A stretch of 64,000 nucleotides of DNA. It comes from Ignavibacteriota bacterium (lineage in GTDB: Bacteria; Bacteroidota; Ignavibacteria; Palsa-1295). The position numbers were made by a program, and so were the translations under genes. The DNA is taken from assembly GCA_963787835.1 (NCBI GenBank), contig CAWBEI010000002.1, positions 245,486-309,485 on the forward strand, in the 5' to 3' direction. The notes under the pieces are model-generated. The model searched no databases. It saw only the letters and a program-made list of their open reading frames with translations, and had not been told where the DNA came from. Shown in pieces: positions 48,283 through 59,171 of this stretch (its first letter is position 1; each line of letters opens with the position of its first letter).

Positions 48283-49133
48283 GGATTGCCAGTATCTGAT
48301 GTTTCCTCATTTACATGCTTCCATCGCTTGTGCTGCCACAGCCAAAGTTCCGGGCATTCTCGTATGGCTTTTTCCAGAACGGTAGTATGTCTGGCGGTAA
48401 GTTCGCGGACGTTCTCCGGGCTTGCATCGACAAGGTCATCATATGAGACATGATGAAACCGGCAGCGGTATCCATGCCGCGTGCGTTCATACGGTTGAAG
48501 AAGAAAAATTGGAGCACGCGTTGCAAGCGCAAGCCGAGCGGTGCCTTCGAACGTAGGCACATTCACTCCAAAAAAAGGAACGCGGACATCGTCGGCAGAC
48601 GCAGCCTGATCGCCGAGCACCGCGATCACCTCATTGGTACGAAGCGCCCGAAAGATCGCGCGTACATTACCAGCATCGAGCATCCTGTTCCCAAAACGAG
48701 ACCGCATGCGAACAAGGAATCGCTCGGCGATCCGAGACCGTTGATTTTTGATAATAACATCGAGCGGCATTTCGAGGCGTAATCCACATCCAAGAGCCAG
48801 CCACTCCCAATTCCCTATGTGTCCTGATAATAAGATAGCTCCGGAAGTAATGGTGGAACCGCTCTGGCCGGGAATTAAAGGTCTGAATTCCTCAAAGTTG
48901 GTTATTTCCAAACCTCGCTCGATCGTGGCTTTGCTAGCAAAACGTAGAAATAGGAATTCGAAAAAAACTTTTCCAAGCGAGGAATAGCACCGCGCAGCGA
49001 TCAGCCTGCGTTTCGAGAGCGTCCAATCCGGATAGGCTCTCGAAAGATTATTGAGCGTGACCTGGGATCGAATTCCACACCAAAACGCGATTCGACCGAG
49101 CACGCCTCCTACGCACCTGAGCAACCACAACAT
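48279..49133 (-). CDS. lysophospholipid/lipid A biosynthesis acyltransferase (LpxL/HtrB family)
   Basis: The H-x4-E/D-type motif GHIGNWEWL and the size and layout fit Kdo2-lipid IVA acyltransferases. It overlaps the GT9 gene by 4 nt. Confidence 0.7.
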   Translation of the reverse strand: MLWLLRCVGGVLGRIAFWCGIRSQVTLNNLSRAYPDWTLSKRRLIAARCYSSLGKVFFEFLFLRFASKATIERGLEITNFEEFRPLIPGQSGSTITSGAILLSGHIGNWEWLALGCGLRLEMPLDVIIKNQRSRIAERFLVRMRSRFGNRMLDAGNVRAIFRALRTNEVIAVLGDQAASADDVRVPFFGVNVPTFEGTARLALATRAPIFLLQPYERTRHGYRCRFHHVSYDDLVDASPENVRELTARHTTVLEKAIRECPELWLWQHKRWKHVNEETSDTGNP

Positions 49134-50587
49134 TAGTGCATGAGGCGTTCAGCCTCATTCGCCAGCCAATTAGCGTCATACGTTTCGCCAATCACGTTTG
49201 CGCTGACTAAAGAATAGCTCCCGCCGCCCTGCCGATCGACAAAATCGAACTCCGCGAAAGATCCGGTCGAGAGACGAATATTGGGGTCAGGGTCGTATTG
49301 CCAAATAATGTACGGCTTATAGCCAGGATCAAAGCTGACGGTTTGGACTGCCTTCGGTGGGCCATAGGTGATATAGACTCGGCCCTGACTTGTTTTCCAT
49401 CCCGGCGTCCGCTGATATGAGTACTTCTTATTCGCGTCATCGACGCGCTTTCTAAAAAGATGGTATTGATCCAGCGGTTGTGACGATTGCATGGCCAGAT
49501 CCTCATGACGCCAGAATGTGAACAGAAATGCTTGCTTTTGGCTTGCAGTCGTTAACTTTTTTGCTGCCTTCTGATCCGTTTCTGTTCCCCAGTACATGGA
49601 CTGAGCAAGCACTTCATCGAGTTCCGCGTCGGACATCTTGACGAAGTCGGAACCCGCAAACAGCACGGAGTCGCTGCCCGCAGACGAGGTATTTTGCTCT
49701 GGCGGCTCTTCCGAAAGATGGATCCCCGAGGAATAGAAAAATGCTTTTTCCGCTTCTGCCTGAACGGCATCCTCGACCTTTGCACGAACACGTAATTTAT
49801 AGGAGTCGCTGGCAAGTCCATCGATATCAAGTCCGAGAATGATTGGAACGATCGTGCCGCCGAGCTGAACCTTTTCATCACTCGTGAGAATGGTTTTGCC
49901 GGACGCATCGACAACATCCGTGATAACATCGGCAGTTTGTCCGACCGATGTCTGCGGCACATAGATCTCTGAATAATAATAGAGCTTGGTATAATTCTCT
50001 CCAAAAACGGCGGAGGGGTTCGGGGTCACATTAAATCCGGCCTTTTCAAAAGGGCCGGGAGTTCCAACAGACTTCTCGACGGCAGACGCAAGCTCGATCC
50101 CGCCAAAGGAATATTTTGTGGTATCGCGGTCGGGAAGTATAATGGGGATCACAATAGTATCGAAGCCCGCTTTAGAACTTTCACCGCGCTGCCAAATAAA
50201 GGCTGCTGCAGTGGAACGAGCATACGGCACGATGAACCCCATGGCACCAAGCAGTTTATTCGCGCCGGCAGAATCAAGCTGCGTGCGCGTGCAGGGACAG
50301 CGAACCGTGTCGCGAATTTCTTTTCGTTGGGCAACACCACCATTCTGCCAAATTTCAATTTTGGAAAAGGTGATGGCTGTATAGACACCGGCGTTTAGTT
50401 TAAACAAGAGGGCACGCTCGATCACACCGTATTCCAACTCAACTTCGGCCCTGGAACTATCGTAGCGAAGCGCCATCGCATCGGCTTCGAGCGGGCTTTG
50501 CGAGCGTGAGATGCGAGGCATCGCTAGAACGCCGATCGCTATGGCCATCGCAATGGCAAGATTGGAAAAAAATACTTTAGTGTTCAT
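49133..50587 (-). CDS. GWxTD domain-containing protein
   Basis: The signal peptide ends ..ISRS and is followed by QS. The C-terminal motif YSYQRTPGWKTSQGRVYITYGPP..YIIWQY matches the GWxTD signature. Its stop overlaps the next gene's start by 1 nt (TAATG). Confidence 0.75.
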   Translation of the reverse strand: MNTKVFFSNLAIAMAIAIGVLAMPRISRSQSPLEADAMALRYDSSRAEVELEYGVIERALLFKLNAGVYTAITFSKIEIWQNGGVAQRKEIRDTVRCPCTRTQLDSAGANKLLGAMGFIVPYARSTAAAFIWQRGESSKAGFDTIVIPIILPDRDTTKYSFGGIELASAVEKSVGTPGPFEKAGFNVTPNPSAVFGENYTKLYYYSEIYVPQTSVGQTADVITDVVDASGKTILTSDEKVQLGGTIVPIILGLDIDGLASDSYKLRVRAKVEDAVQAEAEKAFFYSSGIHLSEEPPEQNTSSAGSDSVLFAGSDFVKMSDAELDEVLAQSMYWGTETDQKAAKKLTTASQKQAFLFTFWRHEDLAMQSSQPLDQYHLFRKRVDDANKKYSYQRTPGWKTSQGRVYITYGPPKAVQTVSFDPGYKPYIIWQYDPDPNIRLSTGSFAEFDFVDRQGGGSYSLVSANVIGETYDANWLANEAERLMH

Positions 50588-50731
50588 GATCCAAATTCTA
50601 AGTTCATCCTTGCTCTGATTTCAAGCTCTATTCATACCTTGCCACGAACGTCCGAAAACAGCACGGGCGTCCCTTGTTCCGGGACGCCCGCTTTACCTTA
50701 AAAAGATCGACTCCTGGAAAGCCCCGACAGT

Positions 50732-51859
50732 TTATTGGAAGGTAGCGCTGATCGAAATTTGATGGATTCCGCCAAGATTCTTCGTGGTATTAAAAGAATA
50801 GTCGATGATGCCGGAAAAATCTTCACTCTTATAGTGAAAACCTGCACCGATTCCAAAGCCAAGCTCGTCCTGATTGAATGCATACCCTGCACGGAGCGAA
50901 GCCAGATCATTCCATACATATTCCGCGCCAAGATTATACTGTTCCGGTCCATCGGAATGCGTAGAAAAATCGAAGTCCATATTTAGCTTTTGGTTCTCGA
51001 CCGTTCCTTGCAGGAGATCGGTAGCGGCACCGATGCGAAAAATAAGTGGGAGCTGATAGTTTCCGGTATTCAACGAACCCGAAAGCGAATCGCGTACGGC
51101 ATTGATGTTTCCATTATTCGCGATAAAATCCAAGCTGTTGCCAGAGAAATTTCGATCGGGTCCGAGATTTGCAAGATCCATCGAGATCCGTGTATGGTAG
51201 AAATCGGTTCGGTATTCCGATCCTGCGTCAAAGGCAAATCCACTGGCGCTCATGTCGAGTATGGAGCTTTGCAAATATTTTGCAGTGGCGCCAAAGGAGA
51301 AGCGGTCGGTCAGCGCGCCAGCGATCGTCGCTGCGAACGAAAGATCGTTCGCATTATAATTACCGGCATTTGCAGGCTGCTGGATCGTGGACTGAGCAAT
51401 GTTACCGTAATCGACAAGGGTAAGCGCAAAACCTGCACGGTATTTATCGCTGACGGGAATCGTTACGCCGATAAAATTCTCGGTCACATTACCAAACCAG
51501 AGCATTGTGGATGCTCCGACATTAATGCCTGGAAGGCTTGCAATTCCAGCAGGGTTCCAATAGAGCGAGTAAATATCGTCGGTAAGCGCACTATAAGCGC
51601 CGGCCATACCGGAGGCACGCGCGCCGACCCACAGTTTTGTGAACACAGAACCCGACGAACCCACATTCGTAAAATTCGCACCCGTCGTGCCCTGCGTAAC
51701 ACCGCCTGTTTGCCCGAACGCATTATGGATCGATACCGAGCACAAAAGCGCAACTGCGATCGCAAGCACTCGCGATCCACGCTTGAATGGGACGTGTCCA
51801 TGCTGGCTTAGACTCTTCCGAATCGGGTACTCATTCATCATTTCTATGGTCGATTTCAC
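50732..51859 (-). CDS. PorV/PorQ-like outer-membrane beta-barrel protein
   Basis: The signal peptide ends ..NAFG and is followed by QT. VGARASGMAGAYSALTDDIYSLYWNPAGIA resembles the A(R/A)AAGMG...WNPA motif of T9SS PorV-family barrels (recall). The protein ends with the aromatic ..ISATFQ. Confidence 0.6.
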   Translation of the reverse strand: MKSTIEMMNEYPIRKSLSQHGHVPFKRGSRVLAIAVALLCSVSIHNAFGQTGGVTQGTTGANFTNVGSSGSVFTKLWVGARASGMAGAYSALTDDIYSLYWNPAGIASLPGINVGASTMLWFGNVTENFIGVTIPVSDKYRAGFALTLVDYGNIAQSTIQQPANAGNYNANDLSFAATIAGALTDRFSFGATAKYLQSSILDMSASGFAFDAGSEYRTDFYHTRISMDLANLGPDRNFSGNSLDFIANNGNINAVRDSLSGSLNTGNYQLPLIFRIGAATDLLQGTVENQKLNMDFDFSTHSDGPEQYNLGAEYVWNDLASLRAGYAFNQDELGFGIGAGFHYKSEDFSGIIDYSFNTTKNLGGIHQISISATFQ

Positions 51860-51885
51860 TCTGTTAAAATTGATCTATTATTTCG

Positions 51886-54800
51886 TTACTTAGAAAGCCC
51901 AACAACCACGGCGAATTTGGTCGTAACCTCGCCAATTTCGGCACCGGAGATCGGGTCCTTCGCAACGACACGCGCAAAGAGTACCTGGCTGCCCACGCGC
52001 TGCTGGCCACTCGTCAAAAGATTCCACGTCTCGACGGAGGACTGATTACTGAGCTGACTGTAATTATAGACCGTCTGGGTAACCGTTGGATTTAAAGGGT
52101 TTGGAATTATGGTTGAATCCACGTAGCCAATATGCTCGATCGTATTGATAAGGGTACCATCGAGTGCGTAGATCTGAATGGTGCAGCGCGGTGGTAATCG
52201 CGTAAAGAATAGCTTGGCGTTGTCGGTGGAGGTCTGGCCCAAATGGGTCACGATATATGGGTTCGGAACGACCTGGACTTGAGCCAATATGGAATCCACA
52301 TAGTTATTCGCATTAGCAAAATTTACGCCTGGGCCATTATCGGTCTTGATCGTAAATTTAGCACCAGGGAACGGGAGGTTCTTCATGACGCCTGTGAACG
52401 ATAACGTCACTTTATCCCCATTCATAAAATCGTTCATGTGGGGATTGATATGACCGGGAACTGAACCTGCGATCGAATCACCGGTCTCATTGATTGACTG
52501 ATCGGAAATTTCCGGGGCATTAAAAATGATCTCTGCGCCACCGACGCTGAGTTTATGCACGACAAGATGATATGGAGACAATGCACCGTTATCCGTATTG
52601 CCGGGTAAGCCAATTGGATAATAGTACGGTCCAACGGTTGCACCGGTTGAGGATGGGCCTTGACCGTCGAATGCAGCGCCCGTGTGTGGTTGATCGAACG
52701 CGGCGGCATCGGTATAATGAAATGCCGACATTTCATACCAACCGGGATTCGGAACCCACATTTCGTCGGGGTCATTAAAGAATAGCGTTCCGGTCGTCGG
52801 GTTTATACTTTGGTTGCTATAAAATTGTGCGGAGAGTTCCGTAGTCATATTATCCGTGCTGTCCGTGTGTGAAATAGACACTGGGCGCAAGACGGATTGC
52901 GGACATCCGGCGATCGAGACCGTGATAGGTAATACAGCGGGATGGATCGTGTCTCCACTTAGGAGACCTATCGCTACAGGCCCTGGATTGATCTCCTGTC
53001 CAAAATCTACCTCATACGACGTCTGACCTAACGATCCAAGGAACGAGGGCCGTGTGCTTTGAGCAGTATAGTTATACACTGCTGAGGCTGAGTAGGTCGT
53101 TGAAGTCGTATCGGGGGTAGGCGGGGTAGTCGTACTGTCAAAAGTTACGCTTACTTTTGTAACTTTATTCAGCGTATAGACCGTATCGTTGGATGTTCCC
53201 GGCTGTATTCGGGTGATCGTTTGACCAAGCGTGATCGGAGAGCCAGGAAGCGTGATCGAACTTGTGGTCAAGAAAACCGGTGGGCGGGGCGCCGAGTCTC
53301 CCGGTAAATTGAAAATATTTTGATTTGTATCGTTTGAGCTCCCATAGTTTGTACGCCGTGAAAGTCTCAGGATATTCTGATCGAGGCTGGGGTTGCTCGG
53401 TCCCGGCGTGACGACGACGGAACTGAGCCGGTAAAGCCCACTTAATTGCTCGAGATTGACATCCGCCAGCACGGTAAACGCCTGATCGATCGTTTGGTTA
53501 GGAGCGAACGCAGAATTATCCGTCGTGAACTGCGCCGCGAACACGGAGTCCGGCGCGATCGTACCATCAACATGATACACGATGGTTCCCGGCAGGCTGA
53601 CCGGGAAAGAATAGGCGATCGTATTATTGGCAGGTACCTGAAGATTCTGGTAGGTATTTTGGATACCGTTCTTATTATCCGTCACATCAACATACATGAT
53701 AAGAGGGCTCTGATTGACGGCTATGTACTCCGTCCATCGAGGCTGGAAGCTCACGTTGATCGTATCGTTCGTGAACAGCTTCGCGAAAATACCTGTATCG
53801 GCAATATCAAGCCGTACATCCTGTACGCCGCCAAAACTGGAGCCGATCTTTCCGGTGCCTGCAAGGCAGTTCCCAGAGATACCCGTTGCCGTATCGGCAG
53901 TAAAGGGAGCAAGAAATACAGGCTTGTTTGGTATTCCTGTGACAAAATTTTGCGGCGAAACAATCGCCGTGTACAGCGGGCCTATCTGATTAGTAGAGTC
54001 ATACTCGTCATACGCGAGGAGATAGTAATAGTATGTTACATTATCATACAATCCTTCCGTGCCCGTGAGGATGCCGTCATGGTTGTCGTCACCGACATCG
54101 AGATAGGAATGCGGGATCGGATTTGGCACATTGCTCGTGCGAGTATAATGGAAATGATTGAAATGTCCTTTTGAATCAAAGACCGAATCTGTTGTGAAAT
54201 TATAAAGCTGCCACTGACCGATCATCACATCCGGGTTGACGCCATCCGGACGGATGGTGCTGTCATGGTCCGAACGGGTGGTTCTCCACAATTGGTATCC
54301 GAGGAAGTCAAGCGTGGCTTTCGTCCGGAATGACGAGTCATAGCTTAATAGGTCACTCACGGGATCGGTACTGTGCTCCGCAGCGCTATCCCAGGTTACG
54401 AGCACTGCCTGGTCCAGCGCGGTAGTCGTGACGGTTGGAAGAAATGGAGGTCTTGGCGAAAGAAAATGATTAACATAATAGCTTTGGGTTGAATCCGGAA
54501 GTTTTGTTGAATCAACCTCACCAAACACCTGGTGGGCAAAATCCATCAGAAGCAGCAACGCACCGAAATTTTTCTTATAGTCGCTATTATCGACCTGTGC
54601 AATTCCGATGCCCACCACGGTTTCCACCGATTTACCTGGAGGCAATGTGAACGGGCCGGTTGACATCAGGAGACGCTGATCCTGATAAACCCCATTGAAA
54701 AGATCTTTCTCTCCGGAGGAGACAAAATTGTATCGAAGATCTTCCGTTGATGGATCATTGAGAATGATCCAGTCGCGGAATGTGGCTAAACCAAGCTGAT

Positions 54801-56064
54801 TTTTCTGAAAAAGACTATTGGGTCCATAACCATTGAGATGAACGCTATCGCTGTTCGGAATAATGTTCCCAGCAGAATCAATAACCGGACTTTCGAGGAA
54901 GCTGAAGCCGATCCAACCGAACTGCTGACCATTCGGGGGCTGGTTATAATTTCGCCATTGCACACCCATATTAAGTTTGGTTGCATCCGACCGGTACGGC
55001 TCACGCAATTCGGAAACATCGGTCGGGTCGGCGTCTGTTTTGACCAAACTATCGGTGACATAGCTATTGCCATCGTTAGCAGCCCCACCAACGGCAGCGT
55101 CAAGATCGGGATCGAATGCGGGAGCCATCCAGCAATTGAGCAAGGAGTCTCCGGAGGAGTTGGTCACCTTATGCCGCAGGAAGATCATGTCACGATAGCG
55201 CCCAAAGCTCCAGGAATAGATCTCCTCTTGAATATCGATACCGAACGGATACCCCGTGCCGGGACGATACTCGGGATTATTGGATGGATCCTCATCGCTG
55301 TAAAAGTTGAGGATGTCTTCTTCGGATGTGATAGCAGGCACAGGATTTGGCTTACTGCCTGCAGCAATAAGCTTAGTCGGGTTGCGCATGGTAACATCCG
55401 AAATGTAGTCGCCAAAGTAAAAATTATGATTGAGGGTCTTCGCATTGGCAGTATCCCACAAAGGCCACGAATAGTACGGGCTGGGCACGACGCTTGAAGA
55501 GCCATTGATATAGTTTCCTGTACTTTTGTCGTATCGCGGGCCGACGTATGAAATGTATTTAGCAGCAGGAATCGCACCGTCCGTGCCGGTTGGAAGGCCT
55601 ACCTGACTGGCCTCGCCTTCTAAATACCACCCAGCGCCAGAATTAGGATTATACCCAAGCTCGCAGAGCTTATGCCGTTTTCCCTGAATTTCTTTTTGAG
55701 TAGCGAACCAAAGTCCTTCTCCAAAAATGTAGCTGTCGCCAGAGCCACGAGGCCAAAAGCATCCTTCGTTCTCGCCCTGACCTGCATTAAAAAGTACGCC
55801 TCGATTTGTATAAAAAAATTCAAGATTGCTATAAACATTGATCTGACGCAAGAACGACTCCGTCTGCATGCTTGGCTGCTTGCTCTTCGATACCGGGCGA
55901 GCGCCTGCACCCCGTGTCATCATCATGGTCAAGGTAATGATGGCCATGAAACAGAACATTGAAAATGCTGATGTGCGGAAGCGGGAGATTCCCGTTAGGG
56001 GCGGCTTAGCCATGCGTTGACGGCCGTTTAACCCCGATGAAATTAATGCGATCATACTGTTCAT
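51886..56064 (-). CDS. very large secreted hypothetical protein (1392 aa) with a T9SS-CTD-like segment near the C-terminus
   Basis: A single long ORF packed between the receptor-like gene and the PorV-like gene. VQVVPNPYIV..LFFTRLPPRCTIQIYALDGTLINTIEH resembles a type-A sorting domain. I recognise no enzymatic motif. Confidence 0.75.
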   Translation of the reverse strand: MNSMIALISSGLNGRQRMAKPPLTGISRFRTSAFSMFCFMAIITLTMMMTRGAGARPVSKSKQPSMQTESFLRQINVYSNLEFFYTNRGVLFNAGQGENEGCFWPRGSGDSYIFGEGLWFATQKEIQGKRHKLCELGYNPNSGAGWYLEGEASQVGLPTGTDGAIPAAKYISYVGPRYDKSTGNYINGSSSVVPSPYYSWPLWDTANAKTLNHNFYFGDYISDVTMRNPTKLIAAGSKPNPVPAITSEEDILNFYSDEDPSNNPEYRPGTGYPFGIDIQEEIYSWSFGRYRDMIFLRHKVTNSSGDSLLNCWMAPAFDPDLDAAVGGAANDGNSYVTDSLVKTDADPTDVSELREPYRSDATKLNMGVQWRNYNQPPNGQQFGWIGFSFLESPVIDSAGNIIPNSDSVHLNGYGPNSLFQKNQLGLATFRDWIILNDPSTEDLRYNFVSSGEKDLFNGVYQDQRLLMSTGPFTLPPGKSVETVVGIGIAQVDNSDYKKNFGALLLLMDFAHQVFGEVDSTKLPDSTQSYYVNHFLSPRPPFLPTVTTTALDQAVLVTWDSAAEHSTDPVSDLLSYDSSFRTKATLDFLGYQLWRTTRSDHDSTIRPDGVNPDVMIGQWQLYNFTTDSVFDSKGHFNHFHYTRTSNVPNPIPHSYLDVGDDNHDGILTGTEGLYDNVTYYYYLLAYDEYDSTNQIGPLYTAIVSPQNFVTGIPNKPVFLAPFTADTATGISGNCLAGTGKIGSSFGGVQDVRLDIADTGIFAKLFTNDTINVSFQPRWTEYIAVNQSPLIMYVDVTDNKNGIQNTYQNLQVPANNTIAYSFPVSLPGTIVYHVDGTIAPDSVFAAQFTTDNSAFAPNQTIDQAFTVLADVNLEQLSGLYRLSSVVVTPGPSNPSLDQNILRLSRRTNYGSSNDTNQNIFNLPGDSAPRPPVFLTTSSITLPGSPITLGQTITRIQPGTSNDTVYTLNKVTKVSVTFDSTTTPPTPDTTSTTYSASAVYNYTAQSTRPSFLGSLGQTSYEVDFGQEINPGPVAIGLLSGDTIHPAVLPITVSIAGCPQSVLRPVSISHTDSTDNMTTELSAQFYSNQSINPTTGTLFFNDPDEMWVPNPGWYEMSAFHYTDAAAFDQPHTGAAFDGQGPSSTGATVGPYYYPIGLPGNTDNGALSPYHLVVHKLSVGGAEIIFNAPEISDQSINETGDSIAGSVPGHINPHMNDFMNGDKVTLSFTGVMKNLPFPGAKFTIKTDNGPGVNFANANNYVDSILAQVQVVPNPYIVTHLGQTSTDNAKLFFTRLPPRCTIQIYALDGTLINTIEHIGYVDSTIIPNPLNPTVTQTVYNYSQLSNQSSVETWNLLTSGQQRVGSQVLFARVVAKDPISGAEIGEVTTKFAVVVGLSK

Positions 56065-56102
56065 TCTACTAAAAAATTATTACCGAGAAGAGCGCCGAAG
56101 AA

Positions 56103-59100
56103 TTAGAAACGGAGCGTGAAGTTCAAATAGACGCGCCGAGGAATCTGATAATTCGTTTCGCGTGCGTAGTTATCGTTGATATATTGTGTATAGGCAACCT
56201 GCTGCTCTGCCGCGCTGACACGTCCATCGTGATTCAGATCAAGGCGTGGGTTGTAATACAGATTGCCGAGTGCATCGATCTGGCCACCGCGGCTGTTGGT
56301 CGGATCGTTATAATAATCTTGCGTAGCACCAAGCAGGTTCGTCTGGCCATTGTTATTTCCCTGGCCAGTCGTTGCATAGACGTACAGTGGCGTTACGCGA
56401 TTAAACACGTTTGTCACCTCCAACTGAATATCGAGGAATAACTTACTCACCCCTGTGCCAAAAAGATCCGAGAGCGGGATCGTGCGAGTCAGCGAGGCAT
56501 CGGTCTGGAAATAATCTGGCTCGCGGTCGCCGTTGGTCGGCCCCACTTGAGCACCCTTTAGATTAAGCGCTGTGTAGGGCGTACCGGTTTCATACAGAGT
56601 GGTGGTTTGTAACGAGAACCATTGCAGCAATTTCTGTCCAAAGATTGTGGGACCTTCGTTTCGATTGTAACTAAGATCGAAAAGGAAATTTGCGACATTG
56701 GTCCGGTCATAGCTGAATGGGAACGGAGTTAGCGGAAGAACAGCTTGTGGCGAATTCGGATCCTGATTGATAAGCGCTGCATAATTCTCGGTAGCTGAGG
56801 AGGATGTGCCGCTCGCTGCCCCGTAGGTGTAATTCAGCTTCATCGAATAATTGTCTGACATCCTCTTTTCCGCGACAAGCTCGATCGAGCGGTCGCTGCC
56901 ATATTGATCGCTGGAATAGATCGTGTAACCAATCGGTAGGAGCGGACTGGAAATTTGTTCCAGACCGTCCTGATTGCGAAGGTCCTTAAAAACTCCCGTA
57001 ATGCTAAATCCAAAAATATCAGAAAGCTGCGTGTGGAATCCAACATCGACCTCCTTGGTCTGATCAGCCTGAAGGTTGGCATTACCAAGGATCTGGTTTC
57101 CACGCTGTAATACTTGCGTCAGTTCCGCGAGATTTCCGCCGGCGGTGTTTGTCAGTACATCGTTGAGGTTCGGCTGTTTAAAGTACCAATTGTATCCAAA
57201 GTTGAACGTCGTCTGGTCCGTAACAGCATACGTGATCGCCAATCGTGGAGAAACCTGTGACTGAAGCTTCGTAGGAGAGAGGGCGGAACCGAGGGGATTA
57301 TAAAGATCCGCTATGGCGCTTGCATCCGGTTGGTACAAATCATACCGGATACCGGGTGCGAACGTAATATCGCTAAACTCCATTTTGTCGGTGAAGTACA
57401 CTGCCCCAGTATAGGGATGGACAAGGAACGAGTCTTTGAATGGATTAGCATCCCAGGGAAGGTCGTTCTCGTATTTATAGACGGACATGATATTTCCTTC
57501 GAAGCCAGCATTCAGGAAGTGGGAACCTATCTGAACGGAATAATTACCGCTGAACTGGGCCTGACCGGTATTTTCTGTTACAAACCCCCCTGAATTTCCT
57601 GCAACCGCAAAAAGCCCCACGATACCATAGGCGTTTGCACTCGATTGTGTAATAACAGGCCCTTCGATATGTCCTGTAAACGGGTTCAGCCCGGGAACCT
57701 GCGAGGAATAGGGCTGCGTAGGGTTAGCGGGGTCAGGAATCTGTTTGCTGACAGGTGTATAAATATCAATGATACCATCCGGTCCGGGAGTAATAGTATT
57801 ATCGATCGAATTGTAGGTATATTTGTCAGCCGTTGACAAAAATTGCGGCTCATGCAACGCATCGACGGGCTGCGATTGATCGTAAAGTCCAGATTGAATA
57901 TCGTACTCCGAATACGCACCCGTGAGTTCGAGCACACCATCACCGATCTGTCCTCGAGCAGTAAGAGAATAGACATCGTTCGTATATTCGGTAGCTGGAA
58001 TATAATAAGAGGGTTCATACAATGTGCTCCACCCATTATCAAGATCGCTTTCTGTATTGAGCGCGGCGTTCGCCTGAACGGAAAATCCGAACGCATCGAA
58101 GGAGAGCTTTCCTGTCGCAGTACGTCGATATCGTTCGGTTAGAGGCATTTCCCCGAGATTATTTCCAAGGGGATCGATCACACCCAATCCATCGTCCTGG
58201 AACGAAGGGTTGTCGAACACATTATAGTGATCGAAAGAATTGAGTCTTGCAGTAAGATAGAACTTTACGGATTGATCGAAGAGAGGACCACCGAGAGCGA
58301 ACTCATCAATTTGATCGCCGGAAGGCATTAGCTTGATTCCGTTATCCGCGGAGCCAAACAACGAGGGAACCTCGGTTCGAAAGTGAGCATTGAATGAAAG
58401 ATCTGTTCCTCCTGCTCGTGTTTGCGTATTAATTGCACCACCGGTGAAGCCACCCTTTGAGGCATCAGCAGAACCTGTAACGATATCCACCTCCGAGATC
58501 GCCAAGCGAGACAGGCCATATTGAAGGGAACTCGCTTGACCGGTGAGTGGATCGGTGATCTGAACCCCATTCAGCATGATCGAATTATCCGACCCTCTGC
58601 TGCCATGGAAGCTGACGCCTCCATTGGAATTGTCCTGCACCGCGCCGGGTGTAAGCAAAATCACCTCGTCAACTCGTTGACGTCCCGGCATCTGGGTAAG
58701 TTCGGTCGTTTCGAACTTGGTCGAGATATCGGTTTTGGTCTTTTCCACGATCGGCGCCTGCGCGGTGACGATAACGGTCTGTTCTTTGGTTCCAAGCTTG
58801 TACGTCAGCGATGTGGTAATGTCAGAGTTTACCTTGACATGGTAAAGCGTGTCTGGAAGATAACCCGCATACTTTGCGACCACGGTATAGTTCTCATCCG
58901 GAGGCACACCGATGATCGTCGCCACACCATTGTCTTTCGAAAGGGCACCCATCCTGTTCTGAAGGATCTGCACCACCGCATGCGTCAGTGGTTCACCAGA
59001 TTTTGCATCGAGAATTTTGGCACTGATCTTTCCATACTGCGCGTGAGCGCCGATGGCGCCCACAGTCATCGCGGCAAGCACGAATAGGAAGCTCCGAACA

Positions 59101-59171
59101 AGGAACATACTGCTCCGAAGAAGCCGGAACGCAGGACTCTCACCAAACCAATTTCGTTTCATTTCTCTCAT
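56103..59171 (-). CDS. TonB-dependent receptor-like outer-membrane protein with CarboxypepD_reg-like N-domain
   Basis: Start is ATG 59171 or 59162. The signal peptide ends ..GAHA and is followed by QY. The CarboxypepD_reg-like segment is ISAKILDAKSGEPLTHAVVQIL..YTVVAKYAGY. The plug-like region is GAVQDNSNGGVSFHGSRGSDNSIMLNGVQITDP. A long barrel ends ..RVYLNFTLRF. Confidence 0.8.
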   Translation of the reverse strand: MREMKRNWFGESPAFRLLRSSMFLVRSFLFVLAAMTVGAIGAHAQYGKISAKILDAKSGEPLTHAVVQILQNRMGALSKDNGVATIIGVPPDENYTVVAKYAGYLPDTLYHVKVNSDITTSLTYKLGTKEQTVIVTAQAPIVEKTKTDISTKFETTELTQMPGRQRVDEVILLTPGAVQDNSNGGVSFHGSRGSDNSIMLNGVQITDPLTGQASSLQYGLSRLAISEVDIVTGSADASKGGFTGGAINTQTRAGGTDLSFNAHFRTEVPSLFGSADNGIKLMPSGDQIDEFALGGPLFDQSVKFYLTARLNSFDHYNVFDNPSFQDDGLGVIDPLGNNLGEMPLTERYRRTATGKLSFDAFGFSVQANAALNTESDLDNGWSTLYEPSYYIPATEYTNDVYSLTARGQIGDGVLELTGAYSEYDIQSGLYDQSQPVDALHEPQFLSTADKYTYNSIDNTITPGPDGIIDIYTPVSKQIPDPANPTQPYSSQVPGLNPFTGHIEGPVITQSSANAYGIVGLFAVAGNSGGFVTENTGQAQFSGNYSVQIGSHFLNAGFEGNIMSVYKYENDLPWDANPFKDSFLVHPYTGAVYFTDKMEFSDITFAPGIRYDLYQPDASAIADLYNPLGSALSPTKLQSQVSPRLAITYAVTDQTTFNFGYNWYFKQPNLNDVLTNTAGGNLAELTQVLQRGNQILGNANLQADQTKEVDVGFHTQLSDIFGFSITGVFKDLRNQDGLEQISSPLLPIGYTIYSSDQYGSDRSIELVAEKRMSDNYSMKLNYTYGAASGTSSSATENYAALINQDPNSPQAVLPLTPFPFSYDRTNVANFLFDLSYNRNEGPTIFGQKLLQWFSLQTTTLYETGTPYTALNLKGAQVGPTNGDREPDYFQTDASLTRTIPLSDLFGTGVSKLFLDIQLEVTNVFNRVTPLYVYATTGQGNNNGQTNLLGATQDYYNDPTNSRGGQIDALGNLYYNPRLDLNHDGRVSAAEQQVAYTQYINDNYARETNYQIPRRVYLNFTLRF

